A stretch of 52,136 nt of DNA, taken from positions 1 through 52,136 of the forward strand of contig CAYPCE010000002.1 of NCBI GenBank assembly GCA_964409085.1. The letters run 5' to 3'. The notes under the pieces are model-generated. The model was not told the origin of the DNA. It did no database searches and saw only the letters and a program-made list of their open reading frames with translations. A program made the translations under genes and the position numbers. Origin of the DNA: an uncultured Desulfobacteraceae bacterium (GTDB lineage: Bacteria; Desulfobacterota; Desulfobacteria; Desulfobacterales; JAABSP01). Each line of letters opens with the position of its first letter. Position 1 is the first letter of the stretch. Shown here piece after piece: positions 1-8,180 of this stretch.

Positions 1-3000
1 ACATCACGGTCGGCGACATCCGGCTGGACGCTGAATCCAACAAGGACGGCGTCGTAAAGATCGCGACCCTGTCCATTAAAAACAACGGGTCGGAAATCGA
101 TGCCGGCGGCACGGCGGGCGTGTTCGGGCCGGCGTCGCTGGCCGTCAATCCGGACCTTCCACTCGCCATCACCCTGGCGTTGAAAAACGTCGAGGCCGGG
201 GATTTCCTCAAGGAACCGCCGGTGGCGGGACGGTTTTCCGGGACCCTCAAGGCCGACGGCGCCCTGAAAAACCTCAAGGCCTCCATCGACCTGTCGGCCC
301 GGAACCTCGGCGCGGCGGACGCCGCCATCGGCGACGTGGACCTGCTCGCCGGCTTTTCCGACGGCCGGGTCCGCATCGAAAACCTGACCGTGAAAAACCG
401 GACATCCGCCGTCCGGGCATCCGGAACGGCGGAGGTCCTGAAACCCGGAACCTTCGAACCCCTGGCGGACCCAACCTTCGACATCGCCCTGTCGTCGGAC
501 CGGATCATGCCGGGCGAGTTCGTACCCGACGCCGCCGGGACCCTCGCCCTGGACGCCTCGGTGGGCGGCAGCGCATCGCGGCCCACCGCCGGTGTAAATC
601 TGTCCGGCCGGTCCCTCCGCTTCGCGGACATCCGCATCGGAGATGCGGACGTCGACGTTCAACTGGCCCCGTCCGGATTGTTGACGATCAACCGGCTCTC
701 GGTGGCTAACCAGGGATCGTCCATCACCGGCAAAGGAACCCTCCAACTCTACAAGGACGCCCCCGGATTCGACCCGACCCTGCCCCTGGACCTTGCCCTG
801 ACCCTCGCGGAAGTGGAGGCCGGCGACTTTATCCAGGACGAACCCGCGAAAGGAACCCTCAGCGGCGCGGCGACGGTGACCGGCAGCATCAAGGCGCCCA
901 AAGCCGATCTGGACCTCCGGGCCCGGAACCTGGCGGCGGCGGGCAACACCATCGGCGACGTGGACGTGACGCTCGGCTTCGCCGACGGCCGGGCCCGCAT
1001 CGAAGAGATAACCGTCAAAAACAAGGATTCAAACCTCCGGATCAGCGGCACGGCCCAGGTCCTGTCGTCCGCCGACATGACGCCCCTGGCCGATCCGACC
1101 TTCGACCTGGCGGTGGCCTCCGACGGGATCTTCCTCCAGAATTTTCTCCCGGACCTGAAAGGCAAGGTCGTTCTCAACGCCGATGTGACCGGATCGGTAA
1201 AGCAGCCCAGGGGAACCGTGAACCTCGCGGCATCCGGCCTGGACCTGGGCGCCCAGAAAATCGACGCCGTTTCCCTCGCCGCCCGCATGACCGGGGACAG
1301 GATCAGACTCGATCCCCTGAAAGTAACGATCCGAAACGGCGAAACCCTCACCGCCACCGGAACCTACACCCTGCCCGACGCCTACGATCTGGCCATCCGG
1401 TCTTCCGGGATTTCGCTGTCCAGCATCGACGCCGTCCGAAAGGCCGACGTGGCCCGGGGCACGGTGCGGCTGGACCTGTCGGGCCGGGGGACCATCGCCG
1501 ACGCGGCCCTGTCGGGCGACATCGGGATCAGCGACCTGAAGGTTCAGGGAAAACCGCTGGACGACGTCAAAATGAACCTGCGCGTGGGCGACGGCCGGGC
1601 CCAGGTGGCGGCCGACGCCGGGTTCCGGCTCGACGCCGACTACAATCTCAACGACCAGACCTTCACCGCCGCCGTCGATTTTCCCGGCACGGACCTCGGC
1701 CCCTATTTCGAGCTGGCCGATCAGTCGGACCTGGGCGGCCTGCTGACCGGCAGGATCACCGCCGAGGGCAATGCCGGTGCACCGGACGCGGTCACGGCCC
1801 GGGTGGACCTTTCCCGGCTGCTCCTCACCTACCAGGAGACCGAGCTGATCGCCGCGGACCGCCTCGACGCGACGTTCCGGAACGGTGCCGTCACGATTCC
1901 CGGCTTCTCCCTCGACCTGCTCCGGAAAGGCAACCTGACCGTGCGGGGGAACGTGGATCTGGACGGCCCCATGTCCGTCACCGTGAACGGCGACATCCCC
2001 CTGAGCGTGGCCCGGGCCTTCACGGATGCGGTCCCGGACCTCTCCGGGACCCTCGGGTTGTCGGCGGACGTGGGGGGCCGGACCACTCAACCGGCAATCA
2101 AAGCCGAGGTGGACCTCCGGAACATCGCCATGTCCGTGCCGGGCATCGCCCAGCGGCTCCACGACCTCAACGGAAAGATCCGGATGTCGCCGGACTCCCT
2201 CCGGTTGTCGTCCGTTTCCGGAAAACTGGACGACGGCCGGTTCACCCTGAACGGCGACGTGGGGCTGAAAAATTTCCAGCCGGACCGCATCGACGTCGGA
2301 CTCAAGGCCGAAGCCCTGCCGGTCCGCGTACCGGACATGCTGGAAATCCTGATCAACGCCGACCTCGGCATGAACGGCACGCCGGAAAAATCGACCGTGA
2401 GCGGCGAGGTCGTCCTCCTGGAGGGCAGCTACTTCAAGGATGTCAATCTCAACCTCATCACCCCCCTCAAGGGGCTGACGGAGAAAAAACGGGAGACGGC
2501 CCCCGCCGCCCCGCCCCGGCCCCAAAAGACGGATACCGCCTCGGAACCGTCGATTCTGGACAATGTCGAGCTGGACATATTCGTCAAGAACCGCGCACCA
2601 TTCCTTGTCGATAACAACCTGGCCTACATGGAAATCCACCCGGACCTCAAAGTCGAGGGAAACGTGAACACACCGCTCATCGCGGGCCGGGCCGAGATCC
2701 GATCCGGTTCCGTCACCTACCAGGACCGCACCTTCGAAATCACGAAGGGCGACATCGACTTTCTCAATCCGTATAAGATCGAACCCACCCTCGATATCGC
2801 GGCCGACTCGACGATCCGGGACTGGCGGGTGACCCTCAACATTTCCGGGGTCCCCGATGCGCTCAATTTCAATCTGAGTTCCAAGCCGAGCCTGGACGAC
2901 GGCGACATCCTGTCGCTGATCATGTTCGGCCGCACCGCCGGCGAGATGATCAGCGGCGAGGGCGGCACGACCCAGGCGCCGGGCCAGATGGTGGCCGACA

Positions 3001-3290
3001 TCGTCTCCAGCACGGTGGGCGACGACATCAAGAAGGCCACGGGCCTCGACATCCTGGAGGTCGAACTCCAGGACGACGCGGAGGCGGGCGGAAGCGACGT
3101 GAAAGTGACCATGGGCAAGGAACTGTCGCGCCGGATGTCCGTGAAATACTCGGTGGAGTCCAAGGACGGGGAGATGGTCGGCCGCACGTCGGCCGAGTAC
3201 AAAATCCTGGAAAACCTGCTGATGAGCGGCTTTCAGGACAACACGGGAACCTTCGGCGGCGAACTGACGTTCCGGCTGGAATTCCGGTAG
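1..3290 (+). CDS. tamB: TamB/AsmA-like translocation and assembly module protein, C-terminal part including the DUF490-type end (5' end lies upstream of the window)
   Basis: Frame 3 is open from nt 3 with no stop, so the GTG listed at 120 is internal. The sequence is long, beta-rich and repetitive (G/D/L/T-rich) and ends ...GGELTFRLEFR. An Omp85-family gene follows 10 nt later. Confidence 0.75.
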   Translation, partial: ITVGDIRLDAESNKDGVVKIATLSIKNNGSEIDAGGTAGVFGPASLAVNPDLPLAITLALKNVEAGDFLKEPPVAGRFSGTLKADGALKNLKASIDLSARNLGAADAAIGDVDLLAGFSDGRVRIENLTVKNRTSAVRASGTAEVLKPGTFEPLADPTFDIALSSDRIMPGEFVPDAAGTLALDASVGGSASRPTAGVNLSGRSLRFADIRIGDADVDVQLAPSGLLTINRLSVANQGSSITGKGTLQLYKDAPGFDPTLPLDLALTLAEVEAGDFIQDEPAKGTLSGAATVTGSIKAPKADLDLRARNLAAAGNTIGDVDVTLGFADGRARIEEITVKNKDSNLRISGTAQVLSSADMTPLADPTFDLAVASDGIFLQNFLPDLKGKVVLNADVTGSVKQPRGTVNLAASGLDLGAQKIDAVSLAARMTGDRIRLDPLKVTIRNGETLTATGTYTLPDAYDLAIRSSGISLSSIDAVRKADVARGTVRLDLSGRGTIADAALSGDIGISDLKVQGKPLDDVKMNLRVGDGRAQVAADAGFRLDADYNLNDQTFTAAVDFPGTDLGPYFELADQSDLGGLLTGRITAEGNAGAPDAVTARVDLSRLLLTYQETELIAADRLDATFRNGAVTIPGFSLDLLRKGNLTVRGNVDLDGPMSVTVNGDIPLSVARAFTDAVPDLSGTLGLSADVGGRTTQPAIKAEVDLRNIAMSVPGIAQRLHDLNGKIRMSPDSLRLSSVSGKLDDGRFTLNGDVGLKNFQPDRIDVGLKAEALPVRVPDMLEILINADLGMNGTPEKSTVSGEVVLLEGSYFKDVNLNLITPLKGLTEKKRETAPAAPPRPQKTDTASEPSILDNVELDIFVKNRAPFLVDNNLAYMEIHPDLKVEGNVNTPLIAGRAEIRSGSVTYQDRTFEITKGDIDFLNPYKIEPTLDIAADSTIRDWRVTLNISGVPDALNFNLSSKPSLDDGDILSLIMFGRTAGEMISGEGGTTQAPGQMVADIVSSTVGDDIKKATGLDILEVELQDDAEAGGSDVKVTMGKELSRRMSVKYSVESKDGEMVGRTSAEYKILENLLMSGFQDNTGTFGGELTFRLEFR
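156..1403 (+). repeat. Intragenic tandem duplication of a ~208-aa module inside tamB
   Basis: Module 1 (LPLAITLALKNVEAGDFLKEPPVAG...PLADPTFDIALSSD) and module 2 (LPLDLALTLAEVEAGDFIQDEPAKG...PLADPTFDLAVASD) align along their whole length at the protein level. The module tail motif (SIKNNGSEIDAGGTAG / SVANQGSSITGKGTL / TIRNGETLTATGTY) recurs three times. Confidence 0.6.
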
Positions 3291-3299
3291 GACGACCCT

Positions 3300-6104
3300 A
3301 TGACGCGATTCTTCTTCTGGCTGCTGGCGGGATTGATTTTGACGACCCCATGCGCATGGGGCGCTGAGCCGGCCGGGGCCGGTCCGGAGACCGGCCCGCC
3401 GACCGTATCGGATGTGATCGTTCGGCTCGACAACGTCGGCCCCGAGGACGACAAGACGCTTCTGGAAGCCATGGCCCGGTCGGCCATCTTCATTGATCCG
3501 GGCGACGCGCTGGCTGAAAAATCCCTCCAGGACACCATCGACGCCCTGAAGCTCATCGCGCTGTTTTCCGAAATCCATGTCGATACAGAGGAGACCGCCG
3601 ATGGGCTCGCCCTCGTCTTCGACCTGACCGTGGCCGACCGCATCAAGGACATCGATATCGACGGGAATTTCCCGGTCCTGGAGCGGGAGGTGTTGAACGC
3701 CATGTCCGTGGCCGTGGGCGACGCTTATTTCCCCGACAAGGTGATGGCGCAGGAATCCCGGATCGCCGATCTGTTCAAGCGGCAGGGGTTCTATCACCCG
3801 ACGGTCTCCATCGTTCCGCGCCGGGACGACGCCGACCGTCATTACGTCCTCGGAATCACTATCGACAAGGGCCCGTACCACGACATCCGCTCCCTCGCCT
3901 TCAACGGCAACGATTCGTTTTCCGATCTGCGGCTCAAAATCCGGATGGACGCATGGACCCGGTCGCTGCTGCCCGGTTCCGCCGGCCGGTTCATCAAAAA
4001 AGATTTCGAGGACGACATCCGGGACCTGCGGGAATTTTACCGGGCCAAGGGATTCGCCGAATCCGAGATCGATTACGAGGCCAATCTGGACGACGCGGAA
4101 GAGACCGCGACGATCGTCGTCAATATCGTCGAGGGACCCCGCTACCGGGTGGACATCGAAGGCAACGAGGAATTCTGGGGCTTCACCCTGAAAAAGGACC
4201 TGACGATCTTCGAGGAGGGCAACCAGGGCGGCCGGGGCCTGCGCAAAAGCGTCCGCGGTATCGAAAAACGGTACGCCGCCGGCGGCTATCCCGACGCAAA
4301 GGTGGAGGTCCAGACCGATGATGAAAAAAAAGAAGGGGTCCGGGATCTCGACCTGACCATCGAGGAGGGCCGCCGCGTCATCGTGAAGACCGTTGCCATC
4401 ACCGGCAACACGGCCTTCGACGACGAAAAGATCCTGAAGCAGATGCTCACCGGTCCGCCCGGAGTTCTCTTCGACGGCGCCTTCGACCCCAACGAGCTGG
4501 AAAAGGACAAAAACGCGATCCTTTCCCTCTACTACAAGGAGGGGTACCGGTCCACGAAGATCGAGACGCCGCTGTCATGGAACGACGACAAAACCCGGGT
4601 CTCGGTCGAGGTGCGGATCAATGAAGGGGTGCAAACCGTCGTGTCCGAGACGGTCGTCGAGGGCAACACCCTCATCACGGACGGGGAGGCCCTGGCGGCG
4701 ATCCACCTGACCCCCGGCACGCCCTTCCGGGAATACATGCTCGAAAGCGACGGCAACGCGCTGGCGGCCCTGATCTCCGAGCACGGACGGCCCTATGTCC
4801 GGGTGAGCGGAGAGTTCACCCTCTCCGACGACGACACGAGCGCCCGGGTCGTTTACACCGTGGACGAGGGCCTCCAGGTGACCATGGGCCAGGTCTACAT
4901 CACGGGCAATTTCAAGACCCGGGAGCGGATCATCCGCCGGGAGTTGACGATCCATCCCGGCGATCCCTTTTCGCCCAAAAAGCTCCTGGAAACCCAGCGG
5001 AACATCCGGGACCTGGACATCTTCGAATCCGTCCGGTTCAAGGCGGTGGGGCTGAAGGAAAGGGCCGACACCGTCGACCTGTTCGTGGAGATCGAGGAAC
5101 GGAAACCCTACGTCGTCTCCTTCGGCGGCGGGTACGACACCCGGCGGGAACTCTTTTTCCACGCCCGGGGCGAAAACCGCAACCTCCTGGGCCTCAACCT
5201 GTCCACCTGGCTGGCCGGGGAAGTGAGCCAGATCGGATACCGGGGCGAATACGGGTTCACGGAGCCGCGCCTTCTGGGGTCCCGGATCGCCATGTCCCTG
5301 GGCCTGTTCGCCGAAGAGCGGGAGGAACGCAACCAGGATTTCGGCATCCGGACCTACGGGGCCTCCGCCGGCTTTACCCGCCGGTTTTTCGACAAGCTGA
5401 GCCTCTCCCTGGGGCTCCGGTACGAAAACCGGGACCAGGTCCGGCGCGACGATATCAAAGCCGGTGAGACCGCGATCTACGAGGACGACGAATTCCGGCC
5501 CCGCCAGATCGTGGTGGCCTCACCCGCCATCGGCTTCGACACCCGGGATTCCTTCATCAACCCCAAAAAGGGCGTCTATGCCACCATCGGCGCGGACGTC
5601 TCCACCGGGGTGGAAAACTCCCTGGACAATTTCGTCAAATACCGGTTCGACGCCCGGTGGTACGTCACGCCGGTCAAACGGCTCACCTTCGCCCTGCGGG
5701 GGCAGGGCGGCTACATCGATCCCTACGGCGGCGTCGACAAGGTGCCCGACGATCAGCTTTTTTTCCTGGGCGGGACCTCGGACGTGCGCGGGTTCGACGA
5801 GAACCTCCTCCTGCAGGGTGCCGATGACGGCCCCCTGGGCGGTCACAAATCCCTCATGGGCAGCGTCGAGGCCCGCATCGCCCTCGGGGCCGGCTTCGAA
5901 CTGGCGCTCTTCTACGACATCGGACGCCTCTCCGACACCTTCGGGGAGACCGGCGGCACCGCCGGGTTCCGCTCCACCGCCGGCGGCGGCATCCGGTACA
6001 TCACCCCGGTGGGCCCCATCGGATTCCTCTACGGTTTCAAGCTCGATCCCAGGGAAGAGGAACCATCGGGACGGCTCCATTTTTCCATCGGGTACACTTT
6101 CTGA
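3300..6104 (+). CDS. bamA: Outer-membrane protein assembly factor, Omp85/BamA family (signal peptide, POTRA-rich N-terminal half, C-terminal beta-barrel)
   Basis: 934 aa. Signal peptide MTRFFFWLLAGLILTTPCAWG|AEP. Repeated POTRA-like units (I..I.I.GN...). Barrel motifs FFLGG.SDVRGF and GGGIRY. The protein ends ...HFSIGYTF, an aromatic C-terminal beta-signal. Whether it is the essential BamA or a TamA-like paralogue cannot be decided here. Confidence 0.75.
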   Translation: MTRFFFWLLAGLILTTPCAWGAEPAGAGPETGPPTVSDVIVRLDNVGPEDDKTLLEAMARSAIFIDPGDALAEKSLQDTIDALKLIALFSEIHVDTEETADGLALVFDLTVADRIKDIDIDGNFPVLEREVLNAMSVAVGDAYFPDKVMAQESRIADLFKRQGFYHPTVSIVPRRDDADRHYVLGITIDKGPYHDIRSLAFNGNDSFSDLRLKIRMDAWTRSLLPGSAGRFIKKDFEDDIRDLREFYRAKGFAESEIDYEANLDDAEETATIVVNIVEGPRYRVDIEGNEEFWGFTLKKDLTIFEEGNQGGRGLRKSVRGIEKRYAAGGYPDAKVEVQTDDEKKEGVRDLDLTIEEGRRVIVKTVAITGNTAFDDEKILKQMLTGPPGVLFDGAFDPNELEKDKNAILSLYYKEGYRSTKIETPLSWNDDKTRVSVEVRINEGVQTVVSETVVEGNTLITDGEALAAIHLTPGTPFREYMLESDGNALAALISEHGRPYVRVSGEFTLSDDDTSARVVYTVDEGLQVTMGQVYITGNFKTRERIIRRELTIHPGDPFSPKKLLETQRNIRDLDIFESVRFKAVGLKERADTVDLFVEIEERKPYVVSFGGGYDTRRELFFHARGENRNLLGLNLSTWLAGEVSQIGYRGEYGFTEPRLLGSRIAMSLGLFAEEREERNQDFGIRTYGASAGFTRRFFDKLSLSLGLRYENRDQVRRDDIKAGETAIYEDDEFRPRQIVVASPAIGFDTRDSFINPKKGVYATIGADVSTGVENSLDNFVKYRFDARWYVTPVKRLTFALRGQGGYIDPYGGVDKVPDDQLFFLGGTSDVRGFDENLLLQGADDGPLGGHKSLMGSVEARIALGAGFELALFYDIGRLSDTFGETGGTAGFRSTAGGGIRYITPVGPIGFLYGFKLDPREEEPSGRLHFSIGYTF

Positions 6105-6135
6105 TCCCACGCCCGTACCCACCCGCCACGCCCCA

Positions 6136-7293
6136 TCAGGTTGGATCCGCGCCAGCCCCCATGCTGAGCGTGGAGTGAAACCATTCCCTGAACACCGCAT
6201 TGTAGGTTTTCCTCCCGGCGGCAATATCCAGATAGGCCCTGCCCGCCCGGCTGCCAGAAACGGCGAAGAACCATTTGATGAGCCGGGGGCATCGGTAGAA
6301 TATTGGCGCGATACGATGGATCACCGACAGTTCATCCAATATCTCCCGCTTGAAATCACGGTTGTAGTGGAGCAATTCTTTCCGGTCGCCGGTGGCCAGG
6401 GCGGCCGTGATGGCACCGGCGGCCAGCCATGCCCCCTTGAAGGCGTGGTAGATACCCTCGCCGGTGATGGGATCGGTCACGCCGGCGGCATCGCCGATCA
6501 CCAGTCCGCGCCGGTTGGCGAAGACCGATTCCTTTTTGGGCGAATGGGGAATTGGGTGCCCCCGGAAATGATCGATCCGGCAGGTGTCCGCCAACCCTTT
6601 CCCCGACAGGTAGCGCCGGAACCATCCGTTCAGGTTTTGAATCCGGCCGGCCGTGGTGAGCACGCCCACCGACAGGTGATCTGATTTGGGAAAGACCCAT
6701 CCGTAACCTCTGGGGACGACGCCGAAATCGAAATGGACTTGCCCTTTGAAACGGTCCAGCATCAGGGACGCCGGTGGATAGACCTCGCCCTGGACCGCCG
6801 CCATCCGTTTTGCCTTTATTTGCAGTCCCAGCGCCTTGGCTGTCCGGCTGTTGACGCCGTCGGCGCCGGCCAGAATTCGGGTTCGGATGTTCCCCGTATC
6901 CGTGCTGATGCTCAGGCAAGTCGAGCCGGAAAAGGAACGGAAGGATTCACCGGAGCGGATACGGGCCCCCGCATCCGACGCCTGCCGGCACAAAAAAGCG
7001 TCGAACCGGTCTCGCATGACCATCTTGATGGTCGTGCCATCCAGAGATTCTTTGTGAACCGTGCGGTAATCGACGCCGATGTGGGCGGTCCTCGCCGCGT
7101 CTTCCGCCAGACCGTCGATGGGGAAAGGGATCAGCCGCACGGCCCGCTCGGTGAGACCGCCGCCACAAAGCTTGTAGCGGGGCAATGCCCGCTTTTCCAG
7201 GATGACGGCGTCGATGCCCCGGCTCGCCAGAAGGTATCCCAGCAACGCGCCGGCCGGACCGGCGCCCACGATCACCACATCGCAGGACGTCAT
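6136..7293 (-). CDS. Geranylgeranyl reductase family FAD-dependent oxidoreductase
   Basis: N-terminal dinucleotide fold DVVIVGAGPAGALLGYLLASRGIDAVILEK, then KLCGGGL and GDAAG motifs typical of the GGR/FixC-like family. 385 aa. Confidence 0.75.
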   Translation of the reverse strand: MTSCDVVIVGAGPAGALLGYLLASRGIDAVILEKRALPRYKLCGGGLTERAVRLIPFPIDGLAEDAARTAHIGVDYRTVHKESLDGTTIKMVMRDRFDAFLCRQASDAGARIRSGESFRSFSGSTCLSISTDTGNIRTRILAGADGVNSRTAKALGLQIKAKRMAAVQGEVYPPASLMLDRFKGQVHFDFGVVPRGYGWVFPKSDHLSVGVLTTAGRIQNLNGWFRRYLSGKGLADTCRIDHFRGHPIPHSPKKESVFANRRGLVIGDAAGVTDPITGEGIYHAFKGAWLAAGAITAALATGDRKELLHYNRDFKREILDELSVIHRIAPIFYRCPRLIKWFFAVSGSRAGRAYLDIAAGRKTYNAVFREWFHSTLSMGAGADPT

Positions 7294-7303
7294 AACATGG
7301 AAT

Positions 7304-8056
7304 TCAGGCCATGCCGCCGTTGGCGTAAAGGATCTGGCCGTTCACCCATTGCCCCTCGGGGCTGGCCAGAAAGGCGACGACCCGGGCGATGTCCTCCGGT
7401 TGCCCCAGCCGTTTCAGGGGCGCCATGTCGGCCATCCGCTGTTTCACTTCTTCGGTCTTTCCGGTGTTGAACAGGTCGGTCTCCACCGGCCCCGGCGCCA
7501 CGGCGTTGACGGTGATCCCGCGCCCTTCCAGCTCTTTGGACAGGATGCGCGTGAACATCTCCACCGCCGCCTTGGTACCGGCATAGACGGCATATCCCGG
7601 CAGGGCCATGCGGATGATGGTGGTCGACATATTGATGATCCGTCCGCCGTCCCTTATGCGCCGGGCCGCTTCCCGAAGGGGCATGAAGGTTCCCCGGGCG
7701 TTGACGGCGAAAAGGCGGTCGAACTGGTCATCGCTGGTCTCAGCGATGGGCGTGGTTTTTTCCAGCGCGACGCCCGCGTTGTTGACCAGAATGTCGAGCG
7801 CCCCGAACGCCGTTTCAGTTTCGTCGAAGAGGCGGCCGACATCCTCCGTGCGGCCGACATCCCCCTGAAGGGCGACGGCCCTGCCGCTGTTTTTCCGGAT
7901 CTTCTCCACCACATCGTTGGCCGCTCCGTCATTTCCGACGTAGTTGACCGCGACCGAAGCGCCGGCCGATGCCAGCCGCAACGCGATGGCCCGGCCGATG
8001 CCGCGCGAAGCGCCGGTGATCAGCGCAGTTTTGCCTTCCAGTGGTTTGGATTTCAT
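7304..8056 (-). CDS. Short-chain dehydrogenase/reductase (FabG-like, classical SDR)
   Basis: TGASRGIGRAIA cofactor motif, NNAG, and catalytic Y-x3-K (YAGTKAA). 250 aa. The stop is 10 nt upstream of the GGR-like start, so the two are likely co-transcribed. Confidence 0.85.
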   Translation of the reverse strand: MKSKPLEGKTALITGASRGIGRAIALRLASAGASVAVNYVGNDGAANDVVEKIRKNSGRAVALQGDVGRTEDVGRLFDETETAFGALDILVNNAGVALEKTTPIAETSDDQFDRLFAVNARGTFMPLREAARRIRDGGRIINMSTTIIRMALPGYAVYAGTKAAVEMFTRILSKELEGRGITVNAVAPGPVETDLFNTGKTEEVKQRMADMAPLKRLGQPEDIARVVAFLASPEGQWVNGQILYANGGMA

Positions 8057-8077
8057 ATGCCAGTTCCCATTTTATCG

Positions 8078-8172
8078 CTGTCTGAACCAGGATTTATGAG
8101 ATTAAAGGATTAGCGGATTTCAGAAGCTTGAATCCCACCAATCCTTTAATCCCGTAATCCCGGTTCAGACAG
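8078..8172. repeat. 95-nt compound inverted repeat (long imperfect hairpin) built from GGATT/AATCC units
   Basis: Hand-paired stems: 8078-8088 with 8162-8172 (11 bp, perfect); 8090-8094 with 8156-8160 (5 bp); 8100-8111 with 8140-8151 (12 bp, perfect); 8115-8119 with 8131-8135 (5 bp). The apical loop contains AAGCTT. AATCC recurs at 8131, 8140, 8148 and 8156. The element is AT-rich relative to its flanks and lies between the helicase stop and the SDR start. Confidence 0.8.
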
Positions 8173-8180
8173 TTGAGTGA

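Noticed and set aside
1029-3881. 950-aa minus-strand ORF spanning the tamB/bamA region. The same class includes 8985-11879 (+, 964 aa), 22156-24084 (+, 642 aa), 28272-29792 (+), 25281-26576 (+), 26796-28079 (+), 46426-47925 (+), 48845-49882 (+), 43276-44268 (-) and 5464-6684 (+).
   Set aside because: All lie antisense to, or out of frame with, genes that carry clear family motifs. Their translations are Arg/Gly/Pro/His-rich low-complexity strings typical of stop-poor non-coding frames in high-G+C DNA. No SD or start context supports them.
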